Source: Candidatus Krumholzibacteriia bacterium (GTDB lineage Bacteria; Krumholzibacteriota; Krumholzibacteriia; WVZY01). From it: a stretch of 41,421 bases of DNA. The position numbers and the translations under genes are program-made. Positions 18,929 to 28,980 of the stretch are shown here, piece after piece. Numbering within the stretch: position 1 is the first letter of the stretch; every line of letters begins with the position of its first letter. The stretch lies in the NCBI GenBank assembly GCA_046754105.1, contig JBHHVD010000017.1, positions 1-41,421 of the forward strand. Direction: 5' to 3'. The notes under the pieces are model-generated. The model saw only the letters and a program-made list of their open reading frames with translations, did not search any database and was not told where the DNA came from.

Positions 18929-20491
18929 GTGCCAATCCTCCTGGACAACGCCCACGTTTACACGCCCTCAGGCGCGTTCGAGCGCGCGGCGCTCCGGATT
19001 GCCGACGGACGGATCGATGCCGTAATTCCTGCCGCTGCGCTGGCCGCGCCGGCGCCGCCGGACGCCCCGCAGGCCGGAGACGGGCGGCGCGCCGGCGTCA
19101 TCGACCTCGGAGGCACGTGGGTCCTGCCCGGTTTCGTCGATACCCACATTCACCTGACGTCCATCGCGTTGAAATTCCTCCGCTGTGATCTGTCCGCGGC
19201 GGTCTCCGCCGCCGACGTTGCGCAGCGCATGCGAGCGTGGGCGGACGCCCGGCCGGGGCCGCACCTTATGGGAGTGGATTGGGATGAGGGCGAGTGGGAG
19301 AACGCCGCGCTGCCGTCGCGCTCGATGCTCGACGGCATAGAAGCCAGACGGCCCGTCCTGGCGCGCCGTGTCTGCGGTCACGTGGGCGTGGCGAACAGCG
19401 CGCTGCTGGCGCGCCTTGGCGAGAGCGCGGCACGCATCGATCCGGCCCTCGTCGACGCCGACAGCGGCCTCCTCCGCGAGCACGCACTGTGGGAGGCGGG
19501 TCGGGTGTGCGCGCCGGAGGCGCGGGCGCTCGCCGCGCGATTCGAGGAAGCGATCCGCCACCTGCACTCGCTGGGCATCACCGCGATTCACGACATCGTC
19601 GGTACCGACAAGTTCGACACCTACCTCGAGGGCGTTACTTCCTCCGTAGCCCCGCTTTCGATCGACGTGCTGCTCGTGACAGGGCCCGAAGATTTTGGGC
19701 GCTACCGGGCGGCGGTCGACGGCTGCGGTGCGGCGAACCTGCGGCTGGCCGGTATCAAGTGTTTCCTCGACGGGTCGCTCGGTGGCCGCACCGCCGCCAT
19801 CAACGACCCGTACGAGGACGGCGGTGACCGGGGCGTGCTGCTCGTCGATACGGACACGCTTCGGGCGACTGCAAGGGCGTGCCACGAGGGTGGTTTCACC
19901 TGCGCGATGCACGCGATCGGCGACCGCGCGATCGACCAGGCAACGGCCGTGTTGCGCGCGTTTCCACCCGACGCCGACAATTTCCGCATCGAACATTGCG
20001 AACTCGTCGGCCCAACGCAGCTGCGAGCGCTGCAGGAGGCGCCGGTCTTCTTGTCCCTGCAGCCAAATTTCGTTCGGCGTTGGGGTGCGGCGCATGGGGT
20101 GTACGAAAGGCGGTTGGGGAAGGCGCGGCTCGCGCGGATGAACCGTTTCCGCTCCCTGCTCGACGGCGGCGTGGATTTTGTGTTCGGCTCGGACGGGATG
20201 CCGCCGGGCCCGCTCTACGGGTTGCGGGGTGCCACCCACCACCCACACGAGAACGAGCGCCTGACGGCCGTCGAAGCGATCGACCGCTATACCCGGCTGG
20301 CGCACGCCGTCGGGGCCCGCCGGGACCCGGCAGGACTCCTCGAAGCCGGGTGGCCCGCCGACCTCGTCGTGCTTGACAAAAACCCGCTTTCGACGGATGT
20401 TGGAAGCATTCAGGTCCTCATGACCATGGTCGCCGGCGATCCCGTCACACCCTGGCGGGGCCCGGCCGGTGGGGCGGGGACACTCCTTTGA
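18929..20491 (+). CDS. Amidohydrolase family 3 (YtcJ-like) metal-dependent hydrolase
   Basis: IDLGGTWVLPGFVDTHIH, KCFLDGSLGGRTAA, MHAIGDRA, RIEHCE, FGSDG and ADLVVLD motifs. Confidence 0.9.
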   Translation: MPILLDNAHVYTPSGAFERAALRIADGRIDAVIPAAALAAPAPPDAPQAGDGRRAGVIDLGGTWVLPGFVDTHIHLTSIALKFLRCDLSAAVSAADVAQRMRAWADARPGPHLMGVDWDEGEWENAALPSRSMLDGIEARRPVLARRVCGHVGVANSALLARLGESAARIDPALVDADSGLLREHALWEAGRVCAPEARALAARFEEAIRHLHSLGITAIHDIVGTDKFDTYLEGVTSSVAPLSIDVLLVTGPEDFGRYRAAVDGCGAANLRLAGIKCFLDGSLGGRTAAINDPYEDGGDRGVLLVDTDTLRATARACHEGGFTCAMHAIGDRAIDQATAVLRAFPPDADNFRIEHCELVGPTQLRALQEAPVFLSLQPNFVRRWGAAHGVYERRLGKARLARMNRFRSLLDGGVDFVFGSDGMPPGPLYGLRGATHHPHENERLTAVEAIDRYTRLAHAVGARRDPAGLLEAGWPADLVVLDKNPLSTDVGSIQVLMTMVAGDPVTPWRGPAGGAGTLL

Positions 20492-20569
20492 ACCTGCTCG
20501 ATGTAAACTGGATAAGCTATTCACCAGCAATGGCTTAACCGCAACGTGGCTCGAAGCCAAGGAGATTGT

Positions 20570-21904
20570 ATGAAAGAGGCGATCAACTCGATCCCCGGGT
20601 CGGCGGAGATGTCGATCGAGACCATCGCGCGCCACATGCTCGTCGATGGTTTCCCGATGGTGATCGATCTGGAAAAGAGCCGGGGCTGCCGGTTGGTGGA
20701 CGCCAGGGCGGGCCGTAGCTATCTGGATTTCTTCATGTTTTTTGCGTCCGTGCCGATCGGCTTCAATCATCCCCGCCTGACGGAGCGGGAGTTCGTGGAA
20801 AGACTCGGGCGGGTGGCGGTCAACAAACCGTCGAATTCGGATTTCTACACGACCTACATGGCGGAATTCGTGGAGGCGTGCGATGCGTACGCGATTCCGT
20901 CGTACCTGCCGTACATGTTCCTGGTCAGCGGCGGCGCTCTCGGCGTCGAGAACGCGCTCAAAGCCGCCTTTGACTACAAGGTGCGGAAAAACATCGCTGC
21001 CCGCAAGGGCACCGAGGCCGGGACAAAAGTGATTCATTTCCGTGATGCGTTTCACGGCCGCAGCGGATATACGCTGTCACTGACCAACACCGACCCGGTC
21101 AAGACGGACTATTTCCCTACATTCGACTGGCCTCGCATCTCGAACCCCGCGATGACGTTTCCACTCGAGGAGCACCTCGACGAAGTCGTCGAGCGGGAGA
21201 ACAAGGCGAAGCAGGAGATCAAGGACGCGATCCAGCGCCACGGCAAGGACATCGCGGCCCTCATTATCGAACCGATCCAGGGCGAAGGCGGCGACAATCA
21301 CTACCGGCCCGAGTTCTTCCGCTTCCTGCGGGAGATTACGACGGAGCACGATATCGTGTTCATCTGCGACGAGGTCCAGAGCGGCGTGGGCCTGACCGGG
21401 ACGTTCTGGGCGCACGAGCACATGGGGGTCGAGCCGGACGCGATCGCCTTCGGCAAGAAGCTACAGGTATGTGGTGTGATGGCGTCGAAGAAGTTCGACG
21501 AAGTGGACAACGTCTTCAAGGTCTCGGGCCGCATCAACTCGACGTGGGGTGGCAACCTGGTGGACATGGTCCGGGCCACGCGATACCTGGAGATTATTCA
21601 CGAGGAGAATCTGGTCGAGAACGCGCGCAAGGTGGGCGACTACCTCGTCGCTTCGATGCGAAAGGTCGCCGAGCGTTTTCCCGACGTGGTCGGCAACGTT
21701 CGCGGACGCGGACTGATGGCGGCGTTCGACCTGCCGGCGGACAAGCGCGATGCCTTCCGCAAAGAAGCGCTCAACAACGGGCTCATTATCGTTGGATGTG
21801 GGCCGCGCAGCATCCGCTTCCGGCCACCGCTGAACTTGACGAAGGCGGAGGTCGACGAGGGCATTGACATTATCGAGCGGTCGATCAAGAAGGTCGTGGC
21901 GTAG
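20570..21904 (+). CDS. lat: L-lysine 6-transaminase (class III PLP aminotransferase)
   Basis: KPSNSDFY, GALGVENALKAAFD, AFHGRSGYTLSLTNT, EPIQGEGGD, DEVQSG, FGKKLQVCG and RINSTWGGNLVDMVR motifs. AAGGAG SD. Confidence 0.93.
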   Translation: MKEAINSIPGSAEMSIETIARHMLVDGFPMVIDLEKSRGCRLVDARAGRSYLDFFMFFASVPIGFNHPRLTEREFVERLGRVAVNKPSNSDFYTTYMAEFVEACDAYAIPSYLPYMFLVSGGALGVENALKAAFDYKVRKNIAARKGTEAGTKVIHFRDAFHGRSGYTLSLTNTDPVKTDYFPTFDWPRISNPAMTFPLEEHLDEVVERENKAKQEIKDAIQRHGKDIAALIIEPIQGEGGDNHYRPEFFRFLREITTEHDIVFICDEVQSGVGLTGTFWAHEHMGVEPDAIAFGKKLQVCGVMASKKFDEVDNVFKVSGRINSTWGGNLVDMVRATRYLEIIHEENLVENARKVGDYLVASMRKVAERFPDVVGNVRGRGLMAAFDLPADKRDAFRKEALNNGLIIVGCGPRSIRFRPPLNLTKAEVDEGIDIIERSIKKVVA

Positions 21905-21943
21905 CCGTCCTCGGAATCAGTTCGTGGGCGTCGGCGTCGCTGC

Positions 21944-22213
21944 TCATGACCCCTTTTTCTTTTTCTTGTCTTTCCCGGCGCCGTCGCCGGAGCTCGCGGG
22001 CTTATCGGCGGCGGCGCTCTTCTTGTATTCGGCGCTGCGATAGTCGGTGGCGTAGAATCCCGATCCCTTGAGGATAATGCCGCCGCCGCCGGAAATCAGC
22101 CGCATCACCTTGCCGCGGCATTTCGGACATCGTTTGCGGGGAGGATCCGATATTCGTTGCTCTAGTTCAAAATGATGGCTGCACTTGGTGCACTCGTACT
22201 CGTACGTCGGCAT
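21944..22213 (-). CDS. FmdB-family zinc ribbon protein
   Basis: MPTYEYECTKC...CPKC and KGSGFYATDY motifs. Confidence 0.93.
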   Translation of the reverse strand: MPTYEYECTKCSHHFELEQRISDPPRKRCPKCRGKVMRLISGGGGIILKGSGFYATDYRSAEYKKSAAADKPASSGDGAGKDKKKKKGS

Positions 22214-22457
22214 GTCTCATAACTCCTGGGAAAATGCGGGTCGATTGTGCCCCGGCGCCCGGCGGCCGCAAACGACCGTCGTTATACTCCCCGCCGTGCG
22301 GAGTGTCGGTTTTTTGGTTGGTTGTGACAAATGGCTTTTGCTAACGTACCCGGTTGAAGACGATACATTAGTCGATTTGCCGGCGGTTTTGAAGCGAAAT
22401 CCAGTGTCCACGAGGCCCGCCCCCCGGGGCGCGGACGGTGGGAGGTCGTAACGGGAC

Positions 22458-23576
22458 ATGTCAATTATGCGGTTCGACAGGGTCCGAAAGGTCTTTGACA
22501 ACGAGGTCGTGGCCCTGGAGGAGTTTTCGCTCGAAATCCCCTCCCCACGGCTCGTGGTCCTCGTGGGTCCCTCGGGCTGCGGCAAGACCACGCTCCTGAG
22601 ACTCATCGCCGGGCTCGAGAGACCGACCTCGGGCTCGATCATGCTCGGAGACGAACGCCTCGACGCCCTCGACGCTCGCAAACGGGACGTTGCCATGGTG
22701 TTTCAGAATTACGCGCTCTACCCTCACATGACGGTGCGTGAGAATCTCTCCTTCGGGCTGCACATCCGCAAGGCGGACAAGGAGCTCATTCGCGAGAGGG
22801 TTGACGGCGTGTCGAAGAGCCTCGAGATACATGCCCTCCTCGACCGTCGGCCGGCGCAGCTCTCGGGCGGCCAGCGCCAACGGGTCGCGCTGGGCCGGGC
22901 CGTCGTCCGGGAGCCCAAGGTGTTCCTCTTCGACGAACCGCTTTCCAATCTGGACGCGCGGCTCCGCGACGAGATGCGGTTTCTCATCAAGCAGCTCTAT
23001 GAGAGGCTGCGCACCACGACCGTATACGTGACCCACGATCAGGTGGAAGCGATGACCATCGGGGAAATGCTCGTGGTCCTGCGCGAGGGTCGTATCCACC
23101 AGGTTGGATCGCCCACCGATTGTTACCGCGTGCCGCGCGACACGTTTGTCGCGGCATTCCTGGGCAGCCCGCCGATGAATCTGCTGGGTGCTACGTTCGA
23201 CCCCGGGACGCGCTCCGTGCTCCTGGACAACGGCAGCCGTTTTCCGGCGCCCGCAGCGATGTCCGGCGCACTCGAACGCGCCGGTCTCCGCGAACTGACG
23301 CTCGGCGTGCGGCCCGAAGATATGCGGGCCGTCCAGGGCGAGGCGCGCTCCGGCGAACTGCTACTACATGGCAAGGTGATACTGCGCGAAACACTGGGCC
23401 ACGAGACGCTTACCCACATGCGGTTCGGGGAGCACAAGATCGTCGCACGCGGCCCGGAAGCCCTGCCGGTGAAACCGGATGGAACCTCCGCAGTCGGAGT
23501 GGAAACGGAAGCGATCCATTTTTTCGCTGGAAGAACGGGCACCCGCATCGATGGGAAAAGCGCCGGCACAACGTAG
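22458..23576 (+). CDS. Carbohydrate-type ABC transporter ATP-binding protein (MalK/UgpC/MsmX family)
   Basis: GPSGCGKTT, VFQNYALYPHMTV, LSGGQRQRVALGR, DEPLSNLD, VTHDQVEAMT and FLGSPPMN motifs, TOBE-like tail. Confidence 0.95.
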   Translation: MSIMRFDRVRKVFDNEVVALEEFSLEIPSPRLVVLVGPSGCGKTTLLRLIAGLERPTSGSIMLGDERLDALDARKRDVAMVFQNYALYPHMTVRENLSFGLHIRKADKELIRERVDGVSKSLEIHALLDRRPAQLSGGQRQRVALGRAVVREPKVFLFDEPLSNLDARLRDEMRFLIKQLYERLRTTTVYVTHDQVEAMTIGEMLVVLREGRIHQVGSPTDCYRVPRDTFVAAFLGSPPMNLLGATFDPGTRSVLLDNGSRFPAPAAMSGALERAGLRELTLGVRPEDMRAVQGEARSGELLLHGKVILRETLGHETLTHMRFGEHKIVARGPEALPVKPDGTSAVGVETEAIHFFAGRTGTRIDGKSAGTT

Positions 23577-24423
23577 AGAGATACCGTTGCGGTTCATCCT
23601 ACTCCTCAACAAGATCTTTCGCAGGCCCGGCGTCGAAGGCCGCGAATCACAGGAGGCGTATTCCGAGTGGGAGTACCGTTGGGGCAAGGCCCTGAGCGGG
23701 CAGTACCTGGAACCATCCGGCGACCTCGCGGGTAAAAGGGTGCTGGACATCGGCTGCGGGCTCGGCGGCAAGACCGCGGCGTACGGGGAAGGCGGCGTGG
23801 CCGGGATAGTGGGGGTCGATTTGTCGATCGATAACATCGCGGCCAGCCAACGGTTCATGCGCCGCGAGCCCCGTGGATTTCGCTGGGGCCTGCTCGCCGG
23901 GGACGCCGCGCAACTGCCCTTTGGGGATCGAGCCTTCGATACAGTGGTCGCCAACGACGCCATGGAGCATTTCGCCGAGCCGGAGGCGGCGCTAAGGGAG
24001 ATGACCCGGATCACGCGGGACGGTGGTGCCGTCTGGTTGTTCTTCACCCCCCACTTTTCGCCCCTCGGGTCCCATCTTTATGATTATATTTATACTCCGT
24101 GGTGTCATCTCGTTTTCCGGCGCGGAGACCTTCGGGCCGCCATCGAGCGGATCCTCGGCAACCGCCGCCCGGGGTGTTGCACAGAGGAGATAGCGAGTGA
24201 CGTGGACCGGATAATGGATTCATACGATAACGACTTGAATCACATGAGCATCCGCCGCTTCCTTGGTATCGTGGGCGGCTTGCCGGAGCTCACGGTGTCC
24301 TTCCAGGAGTTCAAGCCGGCGAAGTACCGGTTCTTGAAAGCGTTGACGGTCGTCCCCCTCGTTCGCGAGCTGTTCACCGGCACGGTCGTGTGCCGGCTGG
24401 AGCGAAAGGGCCAGCAGGCATGA
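23551..24423 (+). CDS. Class I SAM-dependent methyltransferase
   Basis: VLDIGCGLGG, GVDLS, GDAAQLPF, FDTVVANDAMEH and GSHLYDY motifs. Start uncertain (23479 or 23551). Confidence 0.88.
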   Translation: MGKAPAQRREIPLRFILLLNKIFRRPGVEGRESQEAYSEWEYRWGKALSGQYLEPSGDLAGKRVLDIGCGLGGKTAAYGEGGVAGIVGVDLSIDNIAASQRFMRREPRGFRWGLLAGDAAQLPFGDRAFDTVVANDAMEHFAEPEAALREMTRITRDGGAVWLFFTPHFSPLGSHLYDYIYTPWCHLVFRRGDLRAAIERILGNRRPGCCTEEIASDVDRIMDSYDNDLNHMSIRRFLGIVGGLPELTVSFQEFKPAKYRFLKALTVVPLVRELFTGTVVCRLERKGQQA

Positions 24424-25274
24424 TTTCACAGGCATACGCGGACAGAGACCGCACCCTGTACTGGGGACTCTTGATATCGGCGCTGATCCACGTTGTTATA
24501 CTCGCGCCCTTCATACGGGACCTGATACCGGGCCGGTTGTTCGAGGCGCGGGAACGGCCGGTGATTGTCACCCCGTTGGAATTCGAGCTGGTGTCGCCGC
24601 CGGAAAGGCCGACGCCCAGCAGCAACGTGAGCAAGTATCTTTCGACGGTCAGCTCGCGGGCGAGCGATCTCGACCGTGCCAACGACGACAGCGCACTTCC
24701 CAAGAGCGAAGGCGTCATACCGCTCGTCGACACGCCGTCTCCGGAGGAGGGGAGCGAAGGGGGGGGGCAGCAGGAACTGCCACCGTTGCCCGAAGAACAG
24801 ACCAGCCTCGGGGAAGCCTTCGAGCGGTCGCGCTTTACGACGCAGTCTTCTCCCAGGAGCGAGCCGAGCCTGCCCGAGGCGAACCCGGAGTTTCGCAGTT
24901 CGCGTTCCGCGCGGGCTTCGGTTGGCGGCATTTCGATCAATACGACGGCTTGGGATTTCGCACCGTATTTGTTAGACTTGAAGCAACGAATCAAACAGCA
25001 CTGGATTCCACCGCTGGCCTTTACGGCGCTGGGAGCCATCCACGGGTACACGCGTATCGCCTTCCGGATCTACCCAGACGGATCGATGGAGGCCCTGGAG
25101 GTACTCGAGTCGAAAGGACACGACTCCCTCCACCGCGCGAGCAGCAACGCGATCAGGGGCGCGGCGCCGTTCAGACGGCTGCCGGACGATTTCCCGGAAG
25201 AGTACCTCGACGTGATCTTCGGATTCTATTACCTCTTGCCGGGCGATGAGAAAGAGTTCTTCGAAAGGAAGTAG
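24420..25274 (+). CDS. tonB: TonB/TolA-family energy transducer
   Basis: TM with ISALIHV (SxxxH), Pro/Ser/Glu-rich linker and C-terminal domain YLLDLKQRIKQHW...FRIYPDGS...AAPF. ATGA overlap with the upstream gene. Confidence 0.8.
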   Translation: MISQAYADRDRTLYWGLLISALIHVVILAPFIRDLIPGRLFEARERPVIVTPLEFELVSPPERPTPSSNVSKYLSTVSSRASDLDRANDDSALPKSEGVIPLVDTPSPEEGSEGGGQQELPPLPEEQTSLGEAFERSRFTTQSSPRSEPSLPEANPEFRSSRSARASVGGISINTTAWDFAPYLLDLKQRIKQHWIPPLAFTALGAIHGYTRIAFRIYPDGSMEALEVLESKGHDSLHRASSNAIRGAAPFRRLPDDFPEEYLDVIFGFYYLLPGDEKEFFERK

Positions 25275-25280
25275 AGTAAT

Positions 25281-25928
25281 ATGTGGGCGATCTTCATCAA
25301 GGGCGGCGTGATCATGTTCCCGCTCGCCCTCTTATCGATTCTGGGACTCGCGGTGTTCATCGAAAAGATGATCAACTTGCGGCAGTCCAAGATTCTGCAG
25401 GGCGAGATCATCCACACGATCGAACAAGTCCGTTCTCCCGCGGATATTCCGATGGCAATCCGCACCTGCGAACGCCACGATTCGCCGCTGGCCAACATCA
25501 TCCGCGCGGGGCTCGACGAAGCCGCCGCGCCGGTGGTATACGTGCGGCAGGTGATGGAGGACACGGGACGCAGGGAGGTCAAACGCCTGGAACGCTACCT
25601 CGTCGTCCTCGAAACGGTAGCGGCCGCCAGCCCGTTGTTGGGACTCCTGGGTACCGTGTTCGGCATGATCAAGGTGTTTTCGGTGATCAGTATCGCGGGT
25701 GTCGGGGAGGCGGGGTTGTTGTCGGGCGGTATCGCGGAGGCGTTGATCACGACGGCGTTCGGGTTGTCCATTGGTATTCCAGCGCTCGTCGCCTACAATT
25801 TCTTTGACTCCCGGGTCGAGAACTTCGTTATAAAGATCGAGGGCGTCGTACATATGCTGCTCAAACAGATCGCCGCCATGAAGGGTTCGGGCGCCGAAAA
25901 AGTCCGCGACATTTCCGATGCAACTTAG
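25281..25928 (+). CDS. exbB: MotA/TolQ/ExbB proton channel protein
   Basis: GGVIMFPL, SPLLGLLGTVFGMI and GIAEALITTAFGLSIGIPA motifs. Confidence 0.92.
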   Translation: MWAIFIKGGVIMFPLALLSILGLAVFIEKMINLRQSKILQGEIIHTIEQVRSPADIPMAIRTCERHDSPLANIIRAGLDEAAAPVVYVRQVMEDTGRREVKRLERYLVVLETVAAASPLLGLLGTVFGMIKVFSVISIAGVGEAGLLSGGIAEALITTAFGLSIGIPALVAYNFFDSRVENFVIKIEGVVHMLLKQIAAMKGSGAEKVRDISDAT

Positions 25929-26319
25929 AACGAAGTCAAAACGCTCGCTTATCCTGAACGTCACGTCGCTAATCGACGTGCTGTTCCTGCTCCTGATTTT
26001 CTTTATGATTTCTACCACGTTTCTCAGCACGCCCGCGATCAAGCTCGAGCTCCCGAAGGCCAGCCACGCTGATGCGGTACGCCAGGAACCGCTGGTCGTC
26101 TACATCGATCCCGAGGGGGCCGTCTACCTCAATGACGAGCCGGTGGACGTCGCCCTGCTCGGCGCCGCGCTGAGCGGGAGACTGGAGGAGGCCGAGGAGA
26201 AGGTGGTCGTGCTCAAGGCCGACTCGCGAGTGTCGCACGGAGAAGTGGTCGGGATCATGGATATCGTAAAGGGCGCCGGGGCACGAAAACTGGTGGTATC
26301 CACACAACCCGAGGAATGA
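25918..26319 (+). CDS. exbD: Biopolymer transporter ExbD/TolR
   Basis: NVTSLIDVLFLLLIFFMIS, LPKA and VLKAD motifs. Confidence 0.92.
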   Translation: MQLRTKSKRSLILNVTSLIDVLFLLLIFFMISTTFLSTPAIKLELPKASHADAVRQEPLVVYIDPEGAVYLNDEPVDVALLGAALSGRLEEAEEKVVVLKADSRVSHGEVVGIMDIVKGAGARKLVVSTQPEE

Positions 26320-26434
26320 GCCGTGTTCGGCGCCTCCCCTACGCATGCGGCCCTGCGATCATGTTGACGACCCGCTGTGACCTGTGGTAGTGAATAACGA
26401 CCCCGTATCCGGTAAGACTTTGAAGAGACCCCGA

Positions 26435-27589
26435 ATGATAAGCCCGATGCTGCGCCCCTGCGTGCTGGTGCTGGTGATCGCCGCCCTCGCCGGGTGCTCG
26501 TCTGACCCCGACAGCCCGCTGGGGTCCGAGTTCCGGGACACCGGGCTCATCGGGAGCGATCCGGGCGAGGTCTTCCTCGACACGGTCGTCGTCGCGTCCG
26601 GCGATACGAGTCTTGTCACCAACGCCGTGATCGCGAACTTCGATACCATCACCGCAGGACGCACGGGAGACATCGAAAAGGCCATACTACTGAGGTTCAA
26701 CATGGCAGGGGCCGATCCGTCCAAGTCGGTCCAGGAGGCGGTCCTGAACCTGTCGCCGGCCAATGCGCAGGACGGCGACGTCATCAACGTCCAGATCTTT
26801 GAGCTCCTCGATTCGCTCGTCGTGGGCAAGTCGCTGAAAAGCCTGAATCTGTCAGCGAGCGCGATATCCGACCCGTTCAATTCGGGAGCGATCGACCGTA
26901 CTATGGAGGTCGGAACGACACAGTACGCGTTGGAACCCTCGCTCGTCGAGAGCTGGATCGACAGCAGCTGGCACAACGGGATCGCGATCGTGGTGATGGA
27001 TGCGATAACGAACCAGGAATTGGCCTGGGAGAGCAGCGACAAGGACAGCACGGGGCTGTTTCTCAGGGTCAAGTTTGCCGACAACAGTCAGAGTTTCCAT
27101 CGGACGGTCACCGGGGTAGACGCGACGTTCTTCAAGTCACTCGCTCCGGTAACGAACCTGCGGGTGTCCGACGGTGAAACCCGGCGTGTCTTCCTGCCGA
27201 TCGATCTGACCGGTGTTGGATCCGACACCCTGTTGCACGATGCCAGGCTGGCCGTGACGATTGTCCCGGGGGCGGGAGACGGGGGCGTGCACTCCGTCAC
27301 GTTGTACGCGCCGCTCAGCTCGGACGAGAATAATTCGGGATTCCTGTTTGGTACCGCGGTCTCGACGGTGCTTTTCGACGCGGACAAGATATCGGTTATC
27401 CGCTTCCCGGTACGCAGCATCGTTGAGGACTTCATCGCGAATCCGGGCAGCAACAACGGGCTCGTCCTGCAGTTTACGTTCGAGGGCGCGTCCACGCGGC
27501 GGATCGAGTTCTACGGGAGTGGCTCGGGCCCGGGACTGGGGCCGCTCTTGAGTTTGACTTTTTCCAACTCGCCGAGGTTTCCGAGGTAG
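26435..27589 (+). CDS. Hypothetical lipoprotein, beta-rich
   Basis: Lipobox LAGC followed by SSDPDSPLG. Start uncertain (26435 or 26447). Confidence 0.75.
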   Translation: MISPMLRPCVLVLVIAALAGCSSDPDSPLGSEFRDTGLIGSDPGEVFLDTVVVASGDTSLVTNAVIANFDTITAGRTGDIEKAILLRFNMAGADPSKSVQEAVLNLSPANAQDGDVINVQIFELLDSLVVGKSLKSLNLSASAISDPFNSGAIDRTMEVGTTQYALEPSLVESWIDSSWHNGIAIVVMDAITNQELAWESSDKDSTGLFLRVKFADNSQSFHRTVTGVDATFFKSLAPVTNLRVSDGETRRVFLPIDLTGVGSDTLLHDARLAVTIVPGAGDGGVHSVTLYAPLSSDENNSGFLFGTAVSTVLFDADKISVIRFPVRSIVEDFIANPGSNNGLVLQFTFEGASTRRIEFYGSGSGPGLGPLLSLTFSNSPRFPR

Positions 27590-27593
27590 AGGC

Positions 27594-28799
27594 ATGTCCG
27601 GCACGACACGTATAGCCGTTCTTGCGCTGGTGCTGCTCGTCCAGCCCGGAGGTTCGCGGGCGACGTCGCTCTTCAGCATGAATCTTCTTGGCGAGCGGCT
27701 GGAGGCGGGCGACGTGCACTCGATCGCGCTCGGGGGATCGGGCCAGCTCCTGCAGGATTCGCTCGGGGTGTTGCAACTCAACCCGGCGCTTTTGGCCAGG
27801 CTCCCCAGAGTCACCGTGGGTGTGACGCAGTTTCTGGCCATTGACGAGGGGCGTTCGACCGAGTTTGCCGAGCGCGACATCTCGTTCACGTTCTCGTCCT
27901 TCCGGGCGGCATTTCCCCTGAGCAGGAACCTGATTTTTGCGATTGGGTACCGGGGACGCTACGACCCCGGCGGCAGCTTTGCGGAGCGCGAAGTCACGCC
28001 GGCCGGCGACGAGTTCACGTCCACGTTTTCCAAGTCCGGCGGGTTGTTTTCCGTGCCGCTCACGCTCGCCTTCGGTCTGTCGCGCTTCGCGTCGGTGGGG
28101 CTGACGTTTTCCTTCGAACAGGGTTTCGTGCAGGACCGCCAGGATCTCGTATTTAACGACCCCACTTTCGCCCCCAGCGCGGGGATCAAGAAGGAAAGCT
28201 TCAACGGCAACGGGTACGCGGCCGGGGTTGTTTTGTACCCGACGGCGAGCTTGTCGGTCGGCGCGATGTGGGAGAGTGCGATCGACTACGACACGGAGAT
28301 CATCGAGCGCTTCACCCCGCAATCGGTTCTGGATACGTTTTATACGGCAACGGCGAGGCTCCCGTCGTCCGCCGGTTTCGGCGTGGCATGGCAGGTGTCG
28401 GAGCAGTACCTGGTGGCGGGCAGTGCCGCCTTCCGCGATTTTGACGGCTTCGAGGGGCTGGCGTTTCCAGCCAGCCGCCTGCGGCGAGAGGAAAGCTACT
28501 CCATCGGAGGAGAGTACAAGAAGGGCGTGAGGATCAAAGGGAGGCGATACCCGTTACGGCTGTCGTTCAGCTATGAGAAGCTGCCGTTCGACCAACCGGG
28601 GAGCCAGGACGTCAAGAAGTTCCTGGTTGGCTTTGGAACGGGCATCCGCCTCAGCGGCGGCAGGGGCAAGGTCGACCTCGCCGTCCAGGGCGGCAAGGTC
28701 GGGTCCATCAATAACAACGGCCTGGAGGACCGGGTGTTCCGCATCTACCTGGGAATCAGCGGCAGCGAGGTCTGGAAACGGAAGACCGGGGAGTTCTAG
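27594..28799 (+). CDS. Outer-membrane beta-barrel protein (FadL/PorV-like)
   Basis: Signal peptide, N-terminal plug-like SIALGG...NPALLA, alternating amphipathic strands, terminal Phe. Confidence 0.72.
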   Translation: MSGTTRIAVLALVLLVQPGGSRATSLFSMNLLGERLEAGDVHSIALGGSGQLLQDSLGVLQLNPALLARLPRVTVGVTQFLAIDEGRSTEFAERDISFTFSSFRAAFPLSRNLIFAIGYRGRYDPGGSFAEREVTPAGDEFTSTFSKSGGLFSVPLTLAFGLSRFASVGLTFSFEQGFVQDRQDLVFNDPTFAPSAGIKKESFNGNGYAAGVVLYPTASLSVGAMWESAIDYDTEIIERFTPQSVLDTFYTATARLPSSAGFGVAWQVSEQYLVAGSAAFRDFDGFEGLAFPASRLRREESYSIGGEYKKGVRIKGRRYPLRLSFSYEKLPFDQPGSQDVKKFLVGFGTGIRLSGGRGKVDLAVQGGKVGSINNNGLEDRVFRIYLGISGSEVWKRKTGEF

Positions 28800-28901
28800 G
28801 CGCGGCCGCGCCGTGTCTTGGCTATTGCATTTCCCCAGCCCGTCCGGTATGCTCGATACGTGGATTCCGGCGGTCCCCCACCGGTGCCGGAAGCGGTACC
28901 C

Positions 28902-28930
28902 TTGACAGGCCCACAACCTAACGTTATATT
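28902..28930 (+). promoter_or_regulatory. Putative sigma70 promoter for the TPR gene
   Basis: TTGACA-17 nt-TATATT. Confidence 0.65.
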
Positions 28931-28980
28931 TTATAGTGGGTTGCCGATTATGGCAACTCGTGTTCGGGAGAATGATTCCG

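Noticed and set aside
18968..21055. Long antisense and alternate-frame ORFs (also 4226-5947, 9359-10660, 30352-31887 and others)
   Set aside because: Shadow ORFs expected in high-GC DNA. They overlap well-supported genes and show no recognisable motifs.
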